The notes under the pieces were generated by a model, which made no database searches, was not told the origin of the DNA, and was given only the letters and a program-made list of their open reading frames with translations. A stretch of 37,187 nucleotides of DNA from Solirubrobacterales bacterium (GTDB taxonomy: Bacteria; Actinomycetota; Thermoleophilia; Solirubrobacterales; Solirubrobacteraceae). Positions within the stretch are counted from its first letter, which is position 1, and the number at the start of each line of letters is the position of its first letter. Location: positions 1-37,187 of the forward strand of contig QHBV01000187.1 of the NCBI GenBank assembly GCA_003244035.1, written 5' to 3'. This document shows positions 27,109 through 36,413 of the stretch, in pieces. Both the position numbers and the translations under genes were made by a program.

Positions 27109-27591
27109 ATGCCGGAGCGTGACCTGTTCGCAAACTTCGAGCGCATGCGCCGCCAAATGGACGAGCTGTTCGGCGACGCGTCCGAGCGAACCGGACTGCC
27201 CCGGCGGCGTGCCGGGTTCGTGCCGGCGGTCGATGTCGCGTACGCGTCGGAGCCCCCGCTGGCGATCGTGACGGCCGAGCTCGCTGGTGTCGAGATCGAC
27301 GAGCTCGATCTCGAGATCCAAGGTCGCAAGTTGATCCTGAGCGGGCGCCGGGGCCCCGCCGCGGTGGAGGGCGGCGTCTACCAGCAGGTCGAGATCGAGC
27401 GCGGCAGCTTTCGCCGGGTGGTTGACCTCAATGCCGATGTGCGGGCCGAGCAGGCCAAGGCGCGCTACGAGGACGGGATGCTCCGGGTGGAGCTTCCGCT
27501 GATGCGCCCCGCGGTCGGGCGGCGCGAGGTCCCGCTCGAGCCGGGTGACACGTCTGCGCTCCGTGGCGACGACACGGGTGAACCGCGGTGA
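27109..27591 (+). CDS. Hsp20/alpha-crystallin small heat-shock protein
   Basis: [43 protein letters not shown] 7 nt after TACGCT. Confidence 0.92.
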   Translation: MPERDLFANFERMRRQMDELFGDASERTGLPRRRAGFVPAVDVAYASEPPLAIVTAELAGVEIDELDLEIQGRKLILSGRRGPAAVEGGVYQQVEIERGSFRRVVDLNADVRAEQAKARYEDGMLRVELPLMRPAVGRREVPLEPGDTSALRGDDTGEPR

Positions 27592-30014
27592 TCGAGGTCG
27601 GCGCGCCCGACGGCGGCCCGCGCGAGGTGGCCGTCGGCGGCACCCGCCAGCTGCCCGAGCGCGTCGGCGTGCTGCCGCTGCGCGACACGGTCACTTTCCC
27701 GGACATGCTGGTCCCGCTCAACGTCGGTCAGGAGCGGAGCATCGAGCTGATCAACGAGGTGCTGCGCGGCGACCGTACGATCGCGATGATCGCCAGCCGC
27801 AAGGGCGAGCTCGAGACGCCCGGGCCCGAGGACATGTACTCGGTGGGGGTCCTCGGCGTGGTCGCGCGGATGATCCGCGTCCCGGACGGGACGCTGCGGG
27901 TGTTGATCCAGGGCGGCCAGCGCGTGCGCGTCGAGCGCTGGGCCCAGACCGAGCCCTATCTCGTCGCAGAGATCGCGCCCGCGCCGGACGTGGTCGAGCA
28001 GACGACCGAGCTGACCGCGCTGATGCGCAACGTCCAGCACACGTTCACCAACATCGTCGAGCAGGTGCCATACCTGCCCGAAGAGCTGCAGGTGATGGTC
28101 GCAAACGTCGAGGACCCGAGCGCGCTCACCCACCTGATCGCGGGGGCGCTGCGGCTCAAGACCGAGGACAAGCAGGCGCTGCTCGAGCAGCTCGACGTCG
28201 CCAAGCGGCTGCGGCGCCTGTCAGAGATCCTCGCGCGCGAGCTGGAGGTCGTCGCGATCGGGTCGAAGATCCAGTCGCAGGTCCAGTCCGAGCTCGACAA
28301 GGGACAGCGCGAGTACTTCCTGCGCCAGCAGCTCAAGGCTATCCAGGAGGAGCTCGGCGAGGCCGACGAGGTCCAGGCCGAGGTCAGCGAGCTGCGCGAG
28401 CAGCTGGCCGCGATCGAGCTCCCCGAGACGGTTCGCAAGCAGGCCGACCGCGAGCTGGCGCGGCTTGAGCGCCTGCAGCCGGCGATGGCCGAGTACGGAG
28501 TCGCGCGCAGCTATCTCGAGTGGATCGCGGCGCTCCCGTGGGACGCCAGCACAGAGGACAACCTCGACCTCGCCCACGCGCGCAAGACCCTCGACGAGGA
28601 CCACTACGACATCGAACAGGTCAAGGACCGGATCCTCGAGTTCCTGGCGGTGCGGTCGCTGAAGCCGGACGCGCGCGGGTCGATCCTGTGCTTCGCGGGG
28701 CCCCCCGGGGTCGGCAAGACCTCGCTCGGGCGCTCGATCGCGCGCGCGCTGGGAAGGAAGTTCGAGCGGATCAGCGTCGGCGGCGTCCGCGACGAGGCCG
28801 AGATCCGCGGGCACCGCCGCACCTACATCGGCGCGATGCCCGGCACGATCATCCGCGCGATGCGCGACGCCGGCGCCAACAACCCGTTGCTGATGATCGA
28901 CGAGATCGACAAGCTCGGCGCCGACTTCCGCGGCGATCCGTCGAGCGCGATGCTCGAGGTGCTCGATCCCGAGCAGAACCACTCGTTCCGCGACCACTAC
29001 CTCGACCTGCCCTTCTCCCTGGTCAACGTGATGTTCGTGACCACCGCCAACACCCTCGAGACGATCCCGGGACCGTTGCGCGACCGGATGGAGGTGATCA
29101 CGCTCGCCGGCTACACCGAGGCCGAGAAGCTCGAGATCGCCAAGCGCTACCTCGTCCCGCGGCAGATCGAGCGCAACGGCCTGACCCGCAGCAGGATCTC
29201 GTTCACCGACGCCGGGCTGCGCGCGATCATCGCCGACTACACGCGTGAAGCCGGAGTGCGCCAGCTCGAGCGGGAGATCGGCAGCGCCTGCAGGAAGGTG
29301 GCACGACGAGTCGCCGAAGGTACCCTCACGCGCAAGCTGACGGTCTCCGAGCCGCGGGTTCCGGAGCTGCTGGGCAAGCGCAAGTTCTTCTCCGAAGCCC
29401 GCCGGCGGACCTCGCGCCCCGGGGTCGCGACCGGCCTCGCCTGGACCCCCGTCGGCGGGGACGTGCTGTTCGTCGAGGCCACGTCGATGCCGGGCAAGGG
29501 CAGGCTCACGATCACAGGTCAGCTCGGCGAGGTGATGAAGGAGTCGGCGCAGGCCGCGCTCTCGTACGTGCGCAGCAATGCCGCGGAGGTCGTGCCCGGC
29601 CTTCCGGAGGACTGGTTCGCCGAGCACGACATCCACATCCATGTGCCCGCCGGGGCGATCCCCAAGGACGGGCCCAGCGCGGGGATCGCGATTGCGACGG
29701 CGCTTGCCTCGCTGCTCTCGGGCCGTCCCGTTCGCAGCGAGGTGGCGATGACCGGGGAGATCACGCTGACCGGGCAGGTGCTTCCGATCGGCGGGTTCAA
29801 GGAGAAGGCGCTCGCGGCGCAGCGCAACGGGATTCGCTGCGTGATCGCTCCGGCGCGCAACGAGCAGGACGTCGACGAGATCCCCGAGCACCTACGCAAG
29901 GACCTGGAGCTGTTCTTTGTGGCGACGATCGGCGAGGTGCTGGACCTCGCGCTGCAGCGGCGAGCTGCGCGCGGCCTCGGAAAGCGCTCACCAATCGCGT
30001 ATTCTGCAAGCTAA
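27588..30014 (+). CDS. lon: ATP-dependent Lon protease
   Basis: Lon N-domain, Walker [15 protein letters not shown], catalytic PKDGPSAG and KEK. GTGA-coupled to hsp20. Confidence 0.97.
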   Translation: MIEVGAPDGGPREVAVGGTRQLPERVGVLPLRDTVTFPDMLVPLNVGQERSIELINEVLRGDRTIAMIASRKGELETPGPEDMYSVGVLGVVARMIRVPDGTLRVLIQGGQRVRVERWAQTEPYLVAEIAPAPDVVEQTTELTALMRNVQHTFTNIVEQVPYLPEELQVMVANVEDPSALTHLIAGALRLKTEDKQALLEQLDVAKRLRRLSEILARELEVVAIGSKIQSQVQSELDKGQREYFLRQQLKAIQEELGEADEVQAEVSELREQLAAIELPETVRKQADRELARLERLQPAMAEYGVARSYLEWIAALPWDASTEDNLDLAHARKTLDEDHYDIEQVKDRILEFLAVRSLKPDARGSILCFAGPPGVGKTSLGRSIARALGRKFERISVGGVRDEAEIRGHRRTYIGAMPGTIIRAMRDAGANNPLLMIDEIDKLGADFRGDPSSAMLEVLDPEQNHSFRDHYLDLPFSLVNVMFVTTANTLETIPGPLRDRMEVITLAGYTEAEKLEIAKRYLVPRQIERNGLTRSRISFTDAGLRAIIADYTREAGVRQLEREIGSACRKVARRVAEGTLTRKLTVSEPRVPELLGKRKFFSEARRRTSRPGVATGLAWTPVGGDVLFVEATSMPGKGRLTITGQLGEVMKESAQAALSYVRSNAAEVVPGLPEDWFAEHDIHIHVPAGAIPKDGPSAGIAIATALASLLSGRPVRSEVAMTGEITLTGQVLPIGGFKEKALAAQRNGIRCVIAPARNEQDVDEIPEHLRKDLELFFVATIGEVLDLALQRRAARGLGKRSPIAYSAS

Positions 30015-30039
30015 CGAGCCCACGCACCTAGGGAGAGCT

Positions 30040-30480
30040 ATGTCAAGACGCAAGAAGATGAAGGCGGCGGTGCCGTTCAACGCGGCTGACGTCGCCAACC
30101 TGGCCAAGGCCAATCCGTACCTCCAGCGGCTGATCGACGACGATGAGCTGCGCGACAATCTCCGCAAGGCCGCCGAGTCGTCCAAGAGCGCTTACGAGCG
30201 CCTGGCGAACGGCAAGGCCCCGGCGAAGACGCTGATCAACGACAAGAAGCTGCAGGGAGACCTGCGCGACGCGATCGACGCGATCCGCGACGCGACGATT
30301 GCGCTGAGCGACGCCCCCAAGCGCCGTCGCCGCAAGGCTCGCAACGTCGCTCGCCTGGTGCTGGTGGCCGGAGCTGGCGGCGGCGCGGCGCTCGCGGTCA
30401 ACGAGAAGATGCGTTCGAAGGTGCTCGACAAGCTGTTCGGCTCCGAGGAGGAGTTCCAGTACACGCCTCCGGCGGCGTAG
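30040..30480 (+). CDS. Hypothetical helical protein with a near-C-terminal hydrophobic anchor
   Basis: SD GGGAGAG and high-GC3 codon usage; NPYLQRLIDDDELRDNL...KRRRRK...LVLVAGAGGGAALAV...EEEFQY. Confidence 0.8.
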   Translation: MSRRKKMKAAVPFNAADVANLAKANPYLQRLIDDDELRDNLRKAAESSKSAYERLANGKAPAKTLINDKKLQGDLRDAIDAIRDATIALSDAPKRRRRKARNVARLVLVAGAGGGAALAVNEKMRSKVLDKLFGSEEEFQYTPPAA

Positions 30481-30481
30481 G

Positions 30482-31672
30482 TCAGCGCACGTAGACGGCG
30501 AAGAAGTCGCGGTCGTCAGGGGTCAGGTAGCGCTCGGGGGAGCGAGCCATGCTCGACAGCAGGTTCGCTGCGCCCCGGGCGCCGCGTTCGCCGTAGGTGA
30601 TGAAGCTGGTCCAGTAGGAGTTGATGTCCAGCTCCATCGCGCGGACCGCGCCGGCGTGGATCATGATCTGCGCGAGCGAGCCGACCGTCTGGTCGTTGGC
30701 GGCGGCGTAGATCAGGTCGCGGCGGCGGTCGACCCCGACCGCCGAGCGCCACACGCGGACCGCGTTGCCGAGCGTCGCGCCCCATTCGGGGCCGTTTGAG
30801 AGATTTGGGTTCGCCTGCCCATGATTGACGATCAGGGGCAGGTTCTGACGCGCGAAGACGATGCCCTGACCGACGTCGGGGCCGCCTGACCAGGCGACGA
30901 TGTCGGTCCGGCCGTCGCGGTAGCGCAGGAGCGTCGCCACCCCTCCCTTCATCGGCGCGTACGTGTGCCCCCCCTCGGCGAATCCGCCGCCCGAGTCGCT
31001 CAGCTTGAAGCCACTGTTGAACGTGGCCACGAGCCGGCTGCGCAGCCGCGGCGGCACCTCCGCCGGACCGCGCGAAGCGAGGGGGACGCCGGGCTCGAGC
31101 CGCCCGGGATACAGCCACGTCGAGGTGCGGGCGTGGTCGATCCAGGCGACCCCCGCGACGAGCCCGGGGTAGGCGGGATCGGGGCGGAAGCTCGTCACCA
31201 GCACGGGCGGGCGCGAGCCGCCGGCGGCGAACGTCGAGTGCCACACGCCCTCGCCGGCGAGCGCCGGGTGGATCAGCGGCCGGATCCGGCGCGGGCGGTA
31301 GTAGCGCTTTGGCGGGCGCTTTGTGCCCGACGCCGAGACGGCGCCGGGCAGCTTCGGCAGCGCGCGCAGCGCGGGGCCGCCGGTCGCCGGCGCGGTCAGC
31401 GAGTAGTAGAGCGATTCGACCTGGGTGATCAGGCCGCGTGCTCCGTTGTCGCGCATCCATTCCACGGTGCGGATGCCGAGGCTCGAGTTCGACGGCTGCG
31501 CGAGTGCCCGCGCGTAGGAGACGAGCGCGGGAATCAGGCACAGCGCCGCGGCGGCCAGCGCGACCCGACGGGCGCGGCGCCAGCCGAGCCGCCCGCGGCG
31601 CCGGGGTGGCTTTGATGCCGGCGCCTCTGGCAGGAGGGTAAGCTCGGTGGGGGCTCGGGGTGGGGCAAGCAT
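30482..31672 (-). CDS. Membrane-anchored phosphodiester glycosidase (NAGPA/DUF2233) family protein
   Basis: N-terminal basic stretch plus TM; TFNSGF, RQNLPLIV, WRSAVG, RAMELDIN, RDFF. Confidence 0.8.
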   Translation of the reverse strand: MLAPPRAPTELTLLPEAPASKPPRRRGRLGWRRARRVALAAAALCLIPALVSYARALAQPSNSSLGIRTVEWMRDNGARGLITQVESLYYSLTAPATGGPALRALPKLPGAVSASGTKRPPKRYYRPRRIRPLIHPALAGEGVWHSTFAAGGSRPPVLVTSFRPDPAYPGLVAGVAWIDHARTSTWLYPGRLEPGVPLASRGPAEVPPRLRSRLVATFNSGFKLSDSGGGFAEGGHTYAPMKGGVATLLRYRDGRTDIVAWSGGPDVGQGIVFARQNLPLIVNHGQANPNLSNGPEWGATLGNAVRVWRSAVGVDRRRDLIYAAANDQTVGSLAQIMIHAGAVRAMELDINSYWTSFITYGERGARGAANLLSSMARSPERYLTPDDRDFFAVYVR

Positions 31673-31707
31673 CGGGAGGAGCCTTGCAGCTGGTCTCGAT
31701 ACGGATG

Positions 31708-31772
31708 GTAAAGAGATGCTGAGAGCCTTTTCATCGGACCCACAGGTGGCCTTCAGAGATACGGGCTAGGCT
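31708..31772. promoter_or_regulatory. Divergent promoter with 11-bp-phased hexamer repeats (OmpR/PhoB/MprA-type box candidate)
   Basis: Plus strand: TTTCAT(31729)-N5-CCACAG(31740)-N5-CTTCAG(31751), 10 nt before TAGGCT(31767-31772). Minus strand: TCTCAG(31724-31719)-N5-CTTTAC. Confidence 0.4.
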
Positions 31773-31778
31773 GGCGGG

Positions 31779-32753
31779 ATGCCGACTGCCTGTGGAGGTG
31801 CGAGCGCGGAGGCGCCGTTACGTCCCCACGGGCCGATCGCGCTGGTCCCCCGGCGTCGTCGTGCCCACGCGATCCTGGTCACGATTCGTCCGCGGCAGTG
31901 GATCAAGAACGGGCTCGTGGTCGCCGCCGCGGGCGCCGCGGGAGCGCTCGGACACGACGACGTCCCCGTGCACGTCGCGCTTGCGTGCGCGGCCTTCTGC
32001 CTGCTCGCATCCGGCGCCTACGCGATCAACGACGTCCGTGACGCAGACGAAGATCGGCTGCATCCTCGCAAGCGCTTTCGCCCGGTCGCGGCGCGGGAGC
32101 TCACGCCCGGCGCCGCGCTCACGCTCGGTTTCTGCCTGATGCTCGGGGGTCTCGCCGTGTGCGCCCTCGTCCGCCCGCTGCTGGTCGCCGTCGGCGCCGG
32201 CTACCTCGCGCTCACGCTCAGCTACACGGTGCTCTGGCGCCACGTGGTGCTGCTCGACGTGCTGGCGATCGCCGGTGGATTCGTCCTGCGCGCGATCGCC
32301 GGCGGTGTGGCGGCGCCGGTGGCGCTGTCGCGCTGGTTCGTGCTCGTCGTCACCGCTGTCGCGGTCTTCGTCGCCGCGGGCAAGCGGCAGGCGGAGCTAC
32401 GGCGCAGCGAGGCTGGGCCGGCGCAGCGCCGCAGCGAGGCTGGGCCGGCGCAGCGCCGGCGCGTGCTGGCGCTCTACACGCCACCGGTGTTGCGCCTGAT
32501 CCTCACCGGTAGCATCGCGGTCGCGCTGTTCGCCTACTGCGTGTGGGCCTTTCAGCTGGCCACGATCAGCGGCATCCCCTGGCGAGAGCTGACGATCGTC
32601 CCGTTCGCCGCGTGCCTGCTGCGCTACGGCGCGCTCGCGCGAGCTGGAGACGGCGAAGCGCCCGAGGAGGTGCTGCTCCGGGATCGCTGGATGCAGCTGG
32701 CCGGCGCTGCCTGGCTCGTGCTCTTCGCCGTGGGCGTCCATGCCGCCGAGTGA
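31779..32753 (+). CDS. ubiA: Decaprenyl-phosphate 5-phosphoribosyltransferase (UbiA family, Rv3806c-like)
   Basis: RPRQWIKN, YAINDVRDADEDRLHPRKRFRPVA, GFVLRAIAG, GKRQAEL, GEAPEEVLLRD. Clustered with dprE1/dprE2. Confidence 0.9.
   Translation: MPTACGGASAEAPLRPHGPIALVPRRRRAHAILVTIRPRQWIKNGLVVAAAGAAGALGHDDVPVHVALACAAFCLLASGAYAINDVRDADEDRLHPRKRFRPVAARELTPGAALTLGFCLMLGGLAVCALVRPLLVAVGAGYLALTLSYTVLWRHVVLLDVLAIAGGFVLRAIAGGVAAPVALSRWFVLVVTAVAVFVAAGKRQAELRRSEAGPAQRRSEAGPAQRRRVLALYTPPVLRLILTGSIAVALFAYCVWAFQLATISGIPWRELTIVPFAACLLRYGALARAGDGEAPEEVLLRDRWMQLAGAAWLVLFAVGVHAAE
32403..32456 (+). repeat. Perfect in-frame 27-bp tandem duplication within ubiA
   Basis: CGCAGCGAGGCTGGGCCGGCGCAGCGC twice, encoding RSEAGPAQR twice. 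Confidence 0.95.
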
Positions 32754-34146
32754 GGCGGTCTTCTCGCCGGCGCCGGCACCGCCGGCCGGCGCCGGCACGA
32801 TCGCTCCTGTGCGGGCGGCCGTCAGCGGCTGGGGAGGCGGGCCGCGAGCGCCGGTGATGTTGGCGCGCCCCGCGGACGCCGATGCCCTGCGCGCGGCTCT
32901 GGACGGGCATCGTGGCGCGATCGCGCGGGGGATGGGGCGCAGCTACGGCGACGCCGCACAGCTCGCGGGTGGCCTGGTGCTGGACACCACCGGCATGCGC
33001 ACGTTTGAGCTCGACCGGGAAGGGGGGACCGTCACCGCCCAGGCGGGCGTCACCCTCGGCGAGCTGCTCGGCGCGCTGGTGCCCGCGGGATGGGTTCTTC
33101 CGGTCGTCCCCGGCACGCAGCACGTGACCGTCGGCGGGGCGATCGCGAGCGACATCCACGGCAAGAACCACGGCAGCGCGGGGACCTTCGGCAGCCACGT
33201 GCAGGCGCTCGGCTTGCTGACTTCGGCCGGGGAGGTACTCGAGCTCGCGCCCGATCGCGGTAGCGAGCTGTTCGCCGCCACGCTCGGGGGCATGGGGCTC
33301 ACCGGCGTGATCCTGTGGGCGCGGATCGCGCTGCGCGCGGTCGCCGGCGCTCTGCTCCGGGTCGACACCGATCGCGTGCGAGACCTCGACGAGGCGCTCG
33401 CGGCGCTGATCGCGCCGGGCGGGCCGCACCGAGTCGCCTGGCTCGACCTGCTCGGCTCCGCATCCGGCAGGGGGATCGTCACCCGCGCGGAGCATCACGG
33501 GGCCGGGGATGCGTACGCCCAGGCCGGTGCGCGCGGCGGTGCCACGGTGCGCTCGCGGGCGACGGTGCCCGAGCGGTGGCCGGCGGGGTTGCTCCGTGCG
33601 AGCACGGTGCGCGCCTTCAACGAGTTGCGCTACCGCCGCGCACCGCGCCGTGACCGCGGGCACGTGCAGGCGTTCGGGGCGCACATGTTCCCGCTCGACT
33701 CGCTGCGGGCATGGCCGCGGCTGTATGGGCCTGAGGGGTTGCTGCAGTACCAGCTCGTCGTACCGCTGGGCGCCGAGCACGTCCTGGGCACTGTGATCGG
33801 GCAGCTCCGGCGCGCGCGGGTTCCGTGCTACCTGGCGGTGCTCAAGGACTTCGGCCCCGCCAACCAAGCGCCGCTGTCCTTCCCGCTCGAGGGATGGACA
33901 CTCGCGCTCGACCTGCCGCGAGCCGCGCCCGGGGTGGGGGAGCTGCTGCAACGCTTCGACACGCTGGTGGCGGGGGCGAACGGCCGGGTCTACCTGAGCA
34001 AGGACGCGCGCCTGGCGCCAGACGCGCTGGCGGCGATGTACCCGCGACTCGAGCACTGGCGCAGCGTGCGCGATCGAGCCGATCCCGAGCGCCTGTGGCG
34101 CTCGGATCTCGGATTGCGGACGGGCCTGATCCGAGACGAACGATGA
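32740..34146 (+). CDS. dprE1: Decaprenylphosphoryl-beta-D-ribose oxidase (DprE1-like FAD oxidoreductase)
   Basis: ARGMGRSYGDAA, VVPGTQHVTVGGAIASDIHGKNH, GGMGLTG, LQYQ, LAVLKDFG, RVYLSKDA. Confidence 0.9.
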   Translation: MPPSEAVFSPAPAPPAGAGTIAPVRAAVSGWGGGPRAPVMLARPADADALRAALDGHRGAIARGMGRSYGDAAQLAGGLVLDTTGMRTFELDREGGTVTAQAGVTLGELLGALVPAGWVLPVVPGTQHVTVGGAIASDIHGKNHGSAGTFGSHVQALGLLTSAGEVLELAPDRGSELFAATLGGMGLTGVILWARIALRAVAGALLRVDTDRVRDLDEALAALIAPGGPHRVAWLDLLGSASGRGIVTRAEHHGAGDAYAQAGARGGATVRSRATVPERWPAGLLRASTVRAFNELRYRRAPRRDRGHVQAFGAHMFPLDSLRAWPRLYGPEGLLQYQLVVPLGAEHVLGTVIGQLRRARVPCYLAVLKDFGPANQAPLSFPLEGWTLALDLPRAAPGVGELLQRFDTLVAGANGRVYLSKDARLAPDALAAMYPRLEHWRSVRDRADPERLWRSDLGLRTGLIRDER

Positions 34147-34898
34147 TCCAGTGGGACGGGACGCGGGTGTTGCTCGTGGGTGGCAGCTCGGAGATCGGGC
34201 TCGCGATCGTGCGGCGGATCGCTTCTGAGCGTCCCGTGCGGCCGTACCTGCTCGGGCGCGACGGCGCTCGGCTCGCCGGCGCCGCGACCGCGCTCGAGCG
34301 CTCGGGCTGCGCCCGTGCCGAGCTCGACCTGGTAGACGCCGAGGACCTTGATTCGCACGCGGCGGCGATCGCGCGCGCGTTCGAGCGCAGCGGCGGCTTC
34401 GAGCTCGTCGTGCTCGCGGTCGGTGTGCTCGGTGCCCAGCAGGGACTCGACGCCGACCCAGCGCAGGCGGCCGAGGTGATGCGGGTCAACTTTGCCGGCT
34501 GCGGCTCGCTGCTGTTGCATTGCCTGCGCGCGCTGCGCGGCCAGGGACGGGGAACGGTGGTCGTGCTCTCGAGCGTCGCGGCCGAGCGGCCGCGGGCGGG
34601 CAACGCGATCTACGGCGCCGCCAAGGCGGGGCTCGATGCGCTCGCGCAGGGCCTCGCCGACGGCACCGCCGGCAGCGGAGTGCGCGTTCTGGTGGTCCGT
34701 CCCGGGTTTGTCAGGACGCGGATGACCGCCGGCCTCGCGCCCGCACCGATGGCGACTACGCCCGAGCAGGTCGCCGAGGCGACGGTGACGGCGCTCGGGG
34801 GCCGTGCCAATACGGTGTGGGTGCCCGGTCGGCTCCGCTACGTGTTTGCGGTCCTCCGCCACCTGCCGCGGCCGCTGTACCGCCGGCTGCCCCTGTGA
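34143..34898 (+). CDS. dprE2: Decaprenylphospho-ketopentose reductase (DprE2-like SDR)
   Basis: GGSSEIG, SSVAAERPR, YGAAK, VRPGFVRTRMT. ATGA-coupled to dprE1. Confidence 0.9.
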   Translation: MIQWDGTRVLLVGGSSEIGLAIVRRIASERPVRPYLLGRDGARLAGAATALERSGCARAELDLVDAEDLDSHAAAIARAFERSGGFELVVLAVGVLGAQQGLDADPAQAAEVMRVNFAGCGSLLLHCLRALRGQGRGTVVVLSSVAAERPRAGNAIYGAAKAGLDALAQGLADGTAGSGVRVLVVRPGFVRTRMTAGLAPAPMATTPEQVAEATVTALGGRANTVWVPGRLRYVFAVLRHLPRPLYRRLPL

Positions 34899-35128
34899 GA
34901 CGGGCCACGCTCGCGGCCGATGTCGCGATCGCGGCGCTGCTCGCGCTGCTCGCGGTGATCCTCGCGCCCGGGCTGGCGGTGGTGGCGATACTCGCGATCC
35001 TGGTCGTGCTTGTGTGCGCGGTCAGCTTCGTGCTCGACGGCCGCGCGCGCCGCGGGCCCCGGGTGCGGAGGGTTGGCCGCGGCCGCATGCGTCGCGTGCG
35101 CCGCATGCCCCGCGGCCGCGTGCGCTGA
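34895..35128 (+). CDS. Small two-TM membrane protein with an Arg-rich tail (77 aa)
   Basis: GTGA-coupled to dprE2. Hydrophobic hairpin VAIAALLALLAVILAPGLAVVAILAILVVLVCAVSFVL. Confidence 0.7.
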   Translation: MRRATLAADVAIAALLALLAVILAPGLAVVAILAILVVLVCAVSFVLDGRARRGPRVRRVGRGRMRRVRRMPRGRVR

Positions 35129-35129
35129 G

Positions 35130-36401
35130 CTACGCGAACAGCTTCCGCGCCCGCGCCAGCATCCGCAGACTGCCGCTCGGCCTGATCCTGCCCAGCAACA
35201 GCGCGCGCAAGGGATCGATCCGTCCCGCGGCGAGGTCGAGCCAGTCGTCGAAGCGGCAGCGGAAGACCAGGTCGGGATGCTCGAGGCGCCCCGCCGCGAC
35301 CGACGTCTCACCGTTGTCGATCCGCAGGTGCCAGGGCTCGGCGTCCGTGAACTCCCACTGGATCCTCGCGCCCGGAGCGATCGCCGGGTCGAGCTGGCGG
35401 CGCAGGCCGTCGAACAGCATCGCGGTGGCCTGCGGATCGGGCTCCACATGGCCGCCCGGGCCGCCCAGGTAGCCGGCGCGCAGCAGCGTCAGCCCACGCT
35501 CTGCCCGCTCGACTGGCGAGAAGTCGAACGGTAGGCCGACCCGCAGCTGCAACGGCTCGATCCCGGCGGCCCGGAGCCGGCCCTCGATCGCCTCTGCGCC
35601 ATACGCGTACAGCTGCTCGAGCGTGAAGCCGAAGCAGGTGACGTAGCGCTCGTCCCAGTCCGGGGGCACGAACACCGCCGTTGCGAACGGGAGGATCTCA
35701 CGCAGCAGCTCCTCGATCGCGGCTTCGCAGTCGGGGTCCTCGCGGACGAGGTCGGCGATCATCTTGACCCCGAAGGCGATGTGGCGCTGTTCGTCGCGTG
35801 AGACGTTGCCGATGCCCTCCCGCAGGCCGGGCAGAAGGCTGCGCCGGGTCAACGACTCCTCGATGAAGTGCTGCCCCGCCTGCGCCAGCGTCGCCTCGAT
35901 CACGAGGTGATACAGCGCGATCGCCTGCGCGAGCTTGGGCTTTGAGCGGTCCCGCCGCAGCTCGCCGGCCATCCTGTCCAGGCGCGCGAACACCTTGCGA
36001 AAGCCCCACGTGAGCTCGGGCAGCGTCGCCTCGAGCGCGGCGGGTAGGTTCTCGCCCGTCCCGGCGACCTCGCGCATGAAGCGCCCGAACAGGACCGCGT
36101 GGCGAGCCTCGTCGACCTGCTGGGTGGCGAGGAAGTACTTTTGCTCCTGGCGCGGCGCGGCGTCGATGTACGGGGATAGGGCGTTTGCGACCGCATCCTC
36201 GCCGTGGAGGAACATCGAGTAGGTCCACAGCGCCGCGCGCCGCTCGAGCTCGGTGAACTTCTGCTGCCAGTCCTCGCGGTCGACCGAGAAGTCGATCTCG
36301 CTCGCGCGCCAGTGTCCCTGCTCCCAGCGTGCGTAAAGATCCTCGTAGGAGACCTGGTCGGCGGCGGGGCACCGCGAGCGAAGCGAGTGGTCTGCAAGCA
36401 T
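35130..36401 (-). CDS. Ferritin-like dimetal protein (RNR R2/R2lox-like) fused to a C-terminal SCP2 lipid-binding domain
   Basis: W...IDFS.D, GEDAV, DEARH, IEA, DEQRH metal-ligand pattern. C-terminal WHLRIDNG...PDLVF...DWLDLAAGRIDPLRALLLGRIRPSG is SCP2-like. Confidence 0.85.
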   Translation of the reverse strand: MLADHSLRSRCPAADQVSYEDLYARWEQGHWRASEIDFSVDREDWQQKFTELERRAALWTYSMFLHGEDAVANALSPYIDAAPRQEQKYFLATQQVDEARHAVLFGRFMREVAGTGENLPAALEATLPELTWGFRKVFARLDRMAGELRRDRSKPKLAQAIALYHLVIEATLAQAGQHFIEESLTRRSLLPGLREGIGNVSRDEQRHIAFGVKMIADLVREDPDCEAAIEELLREILPFATAVFVPPDWDERYVTCFGFTLEQLYAYGAEAIEGRLRAAGIEPLQLRVGLPFDFSPVERAERGLTLLRAGYLGGPGGHVEPDPQATAMLFDGLRRQLDPAIAPGARIQWEFTDAEPWHLRIDNGETSVAAGRLEHPDLVFRCRFDDWLDLAAGRIDPLRALLLGRIRPSGSLRMLARARKLFA

Positions 36402-36413
36402 CGCCGATCAACC

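Noticed and set aside
35130-36401. Bona fide ribonucleotide reductase beta subunit
   Set aside because: No alpha subunit nearby, and the C-terminus is an SCP2-like domain rather than an R1-binding tail.
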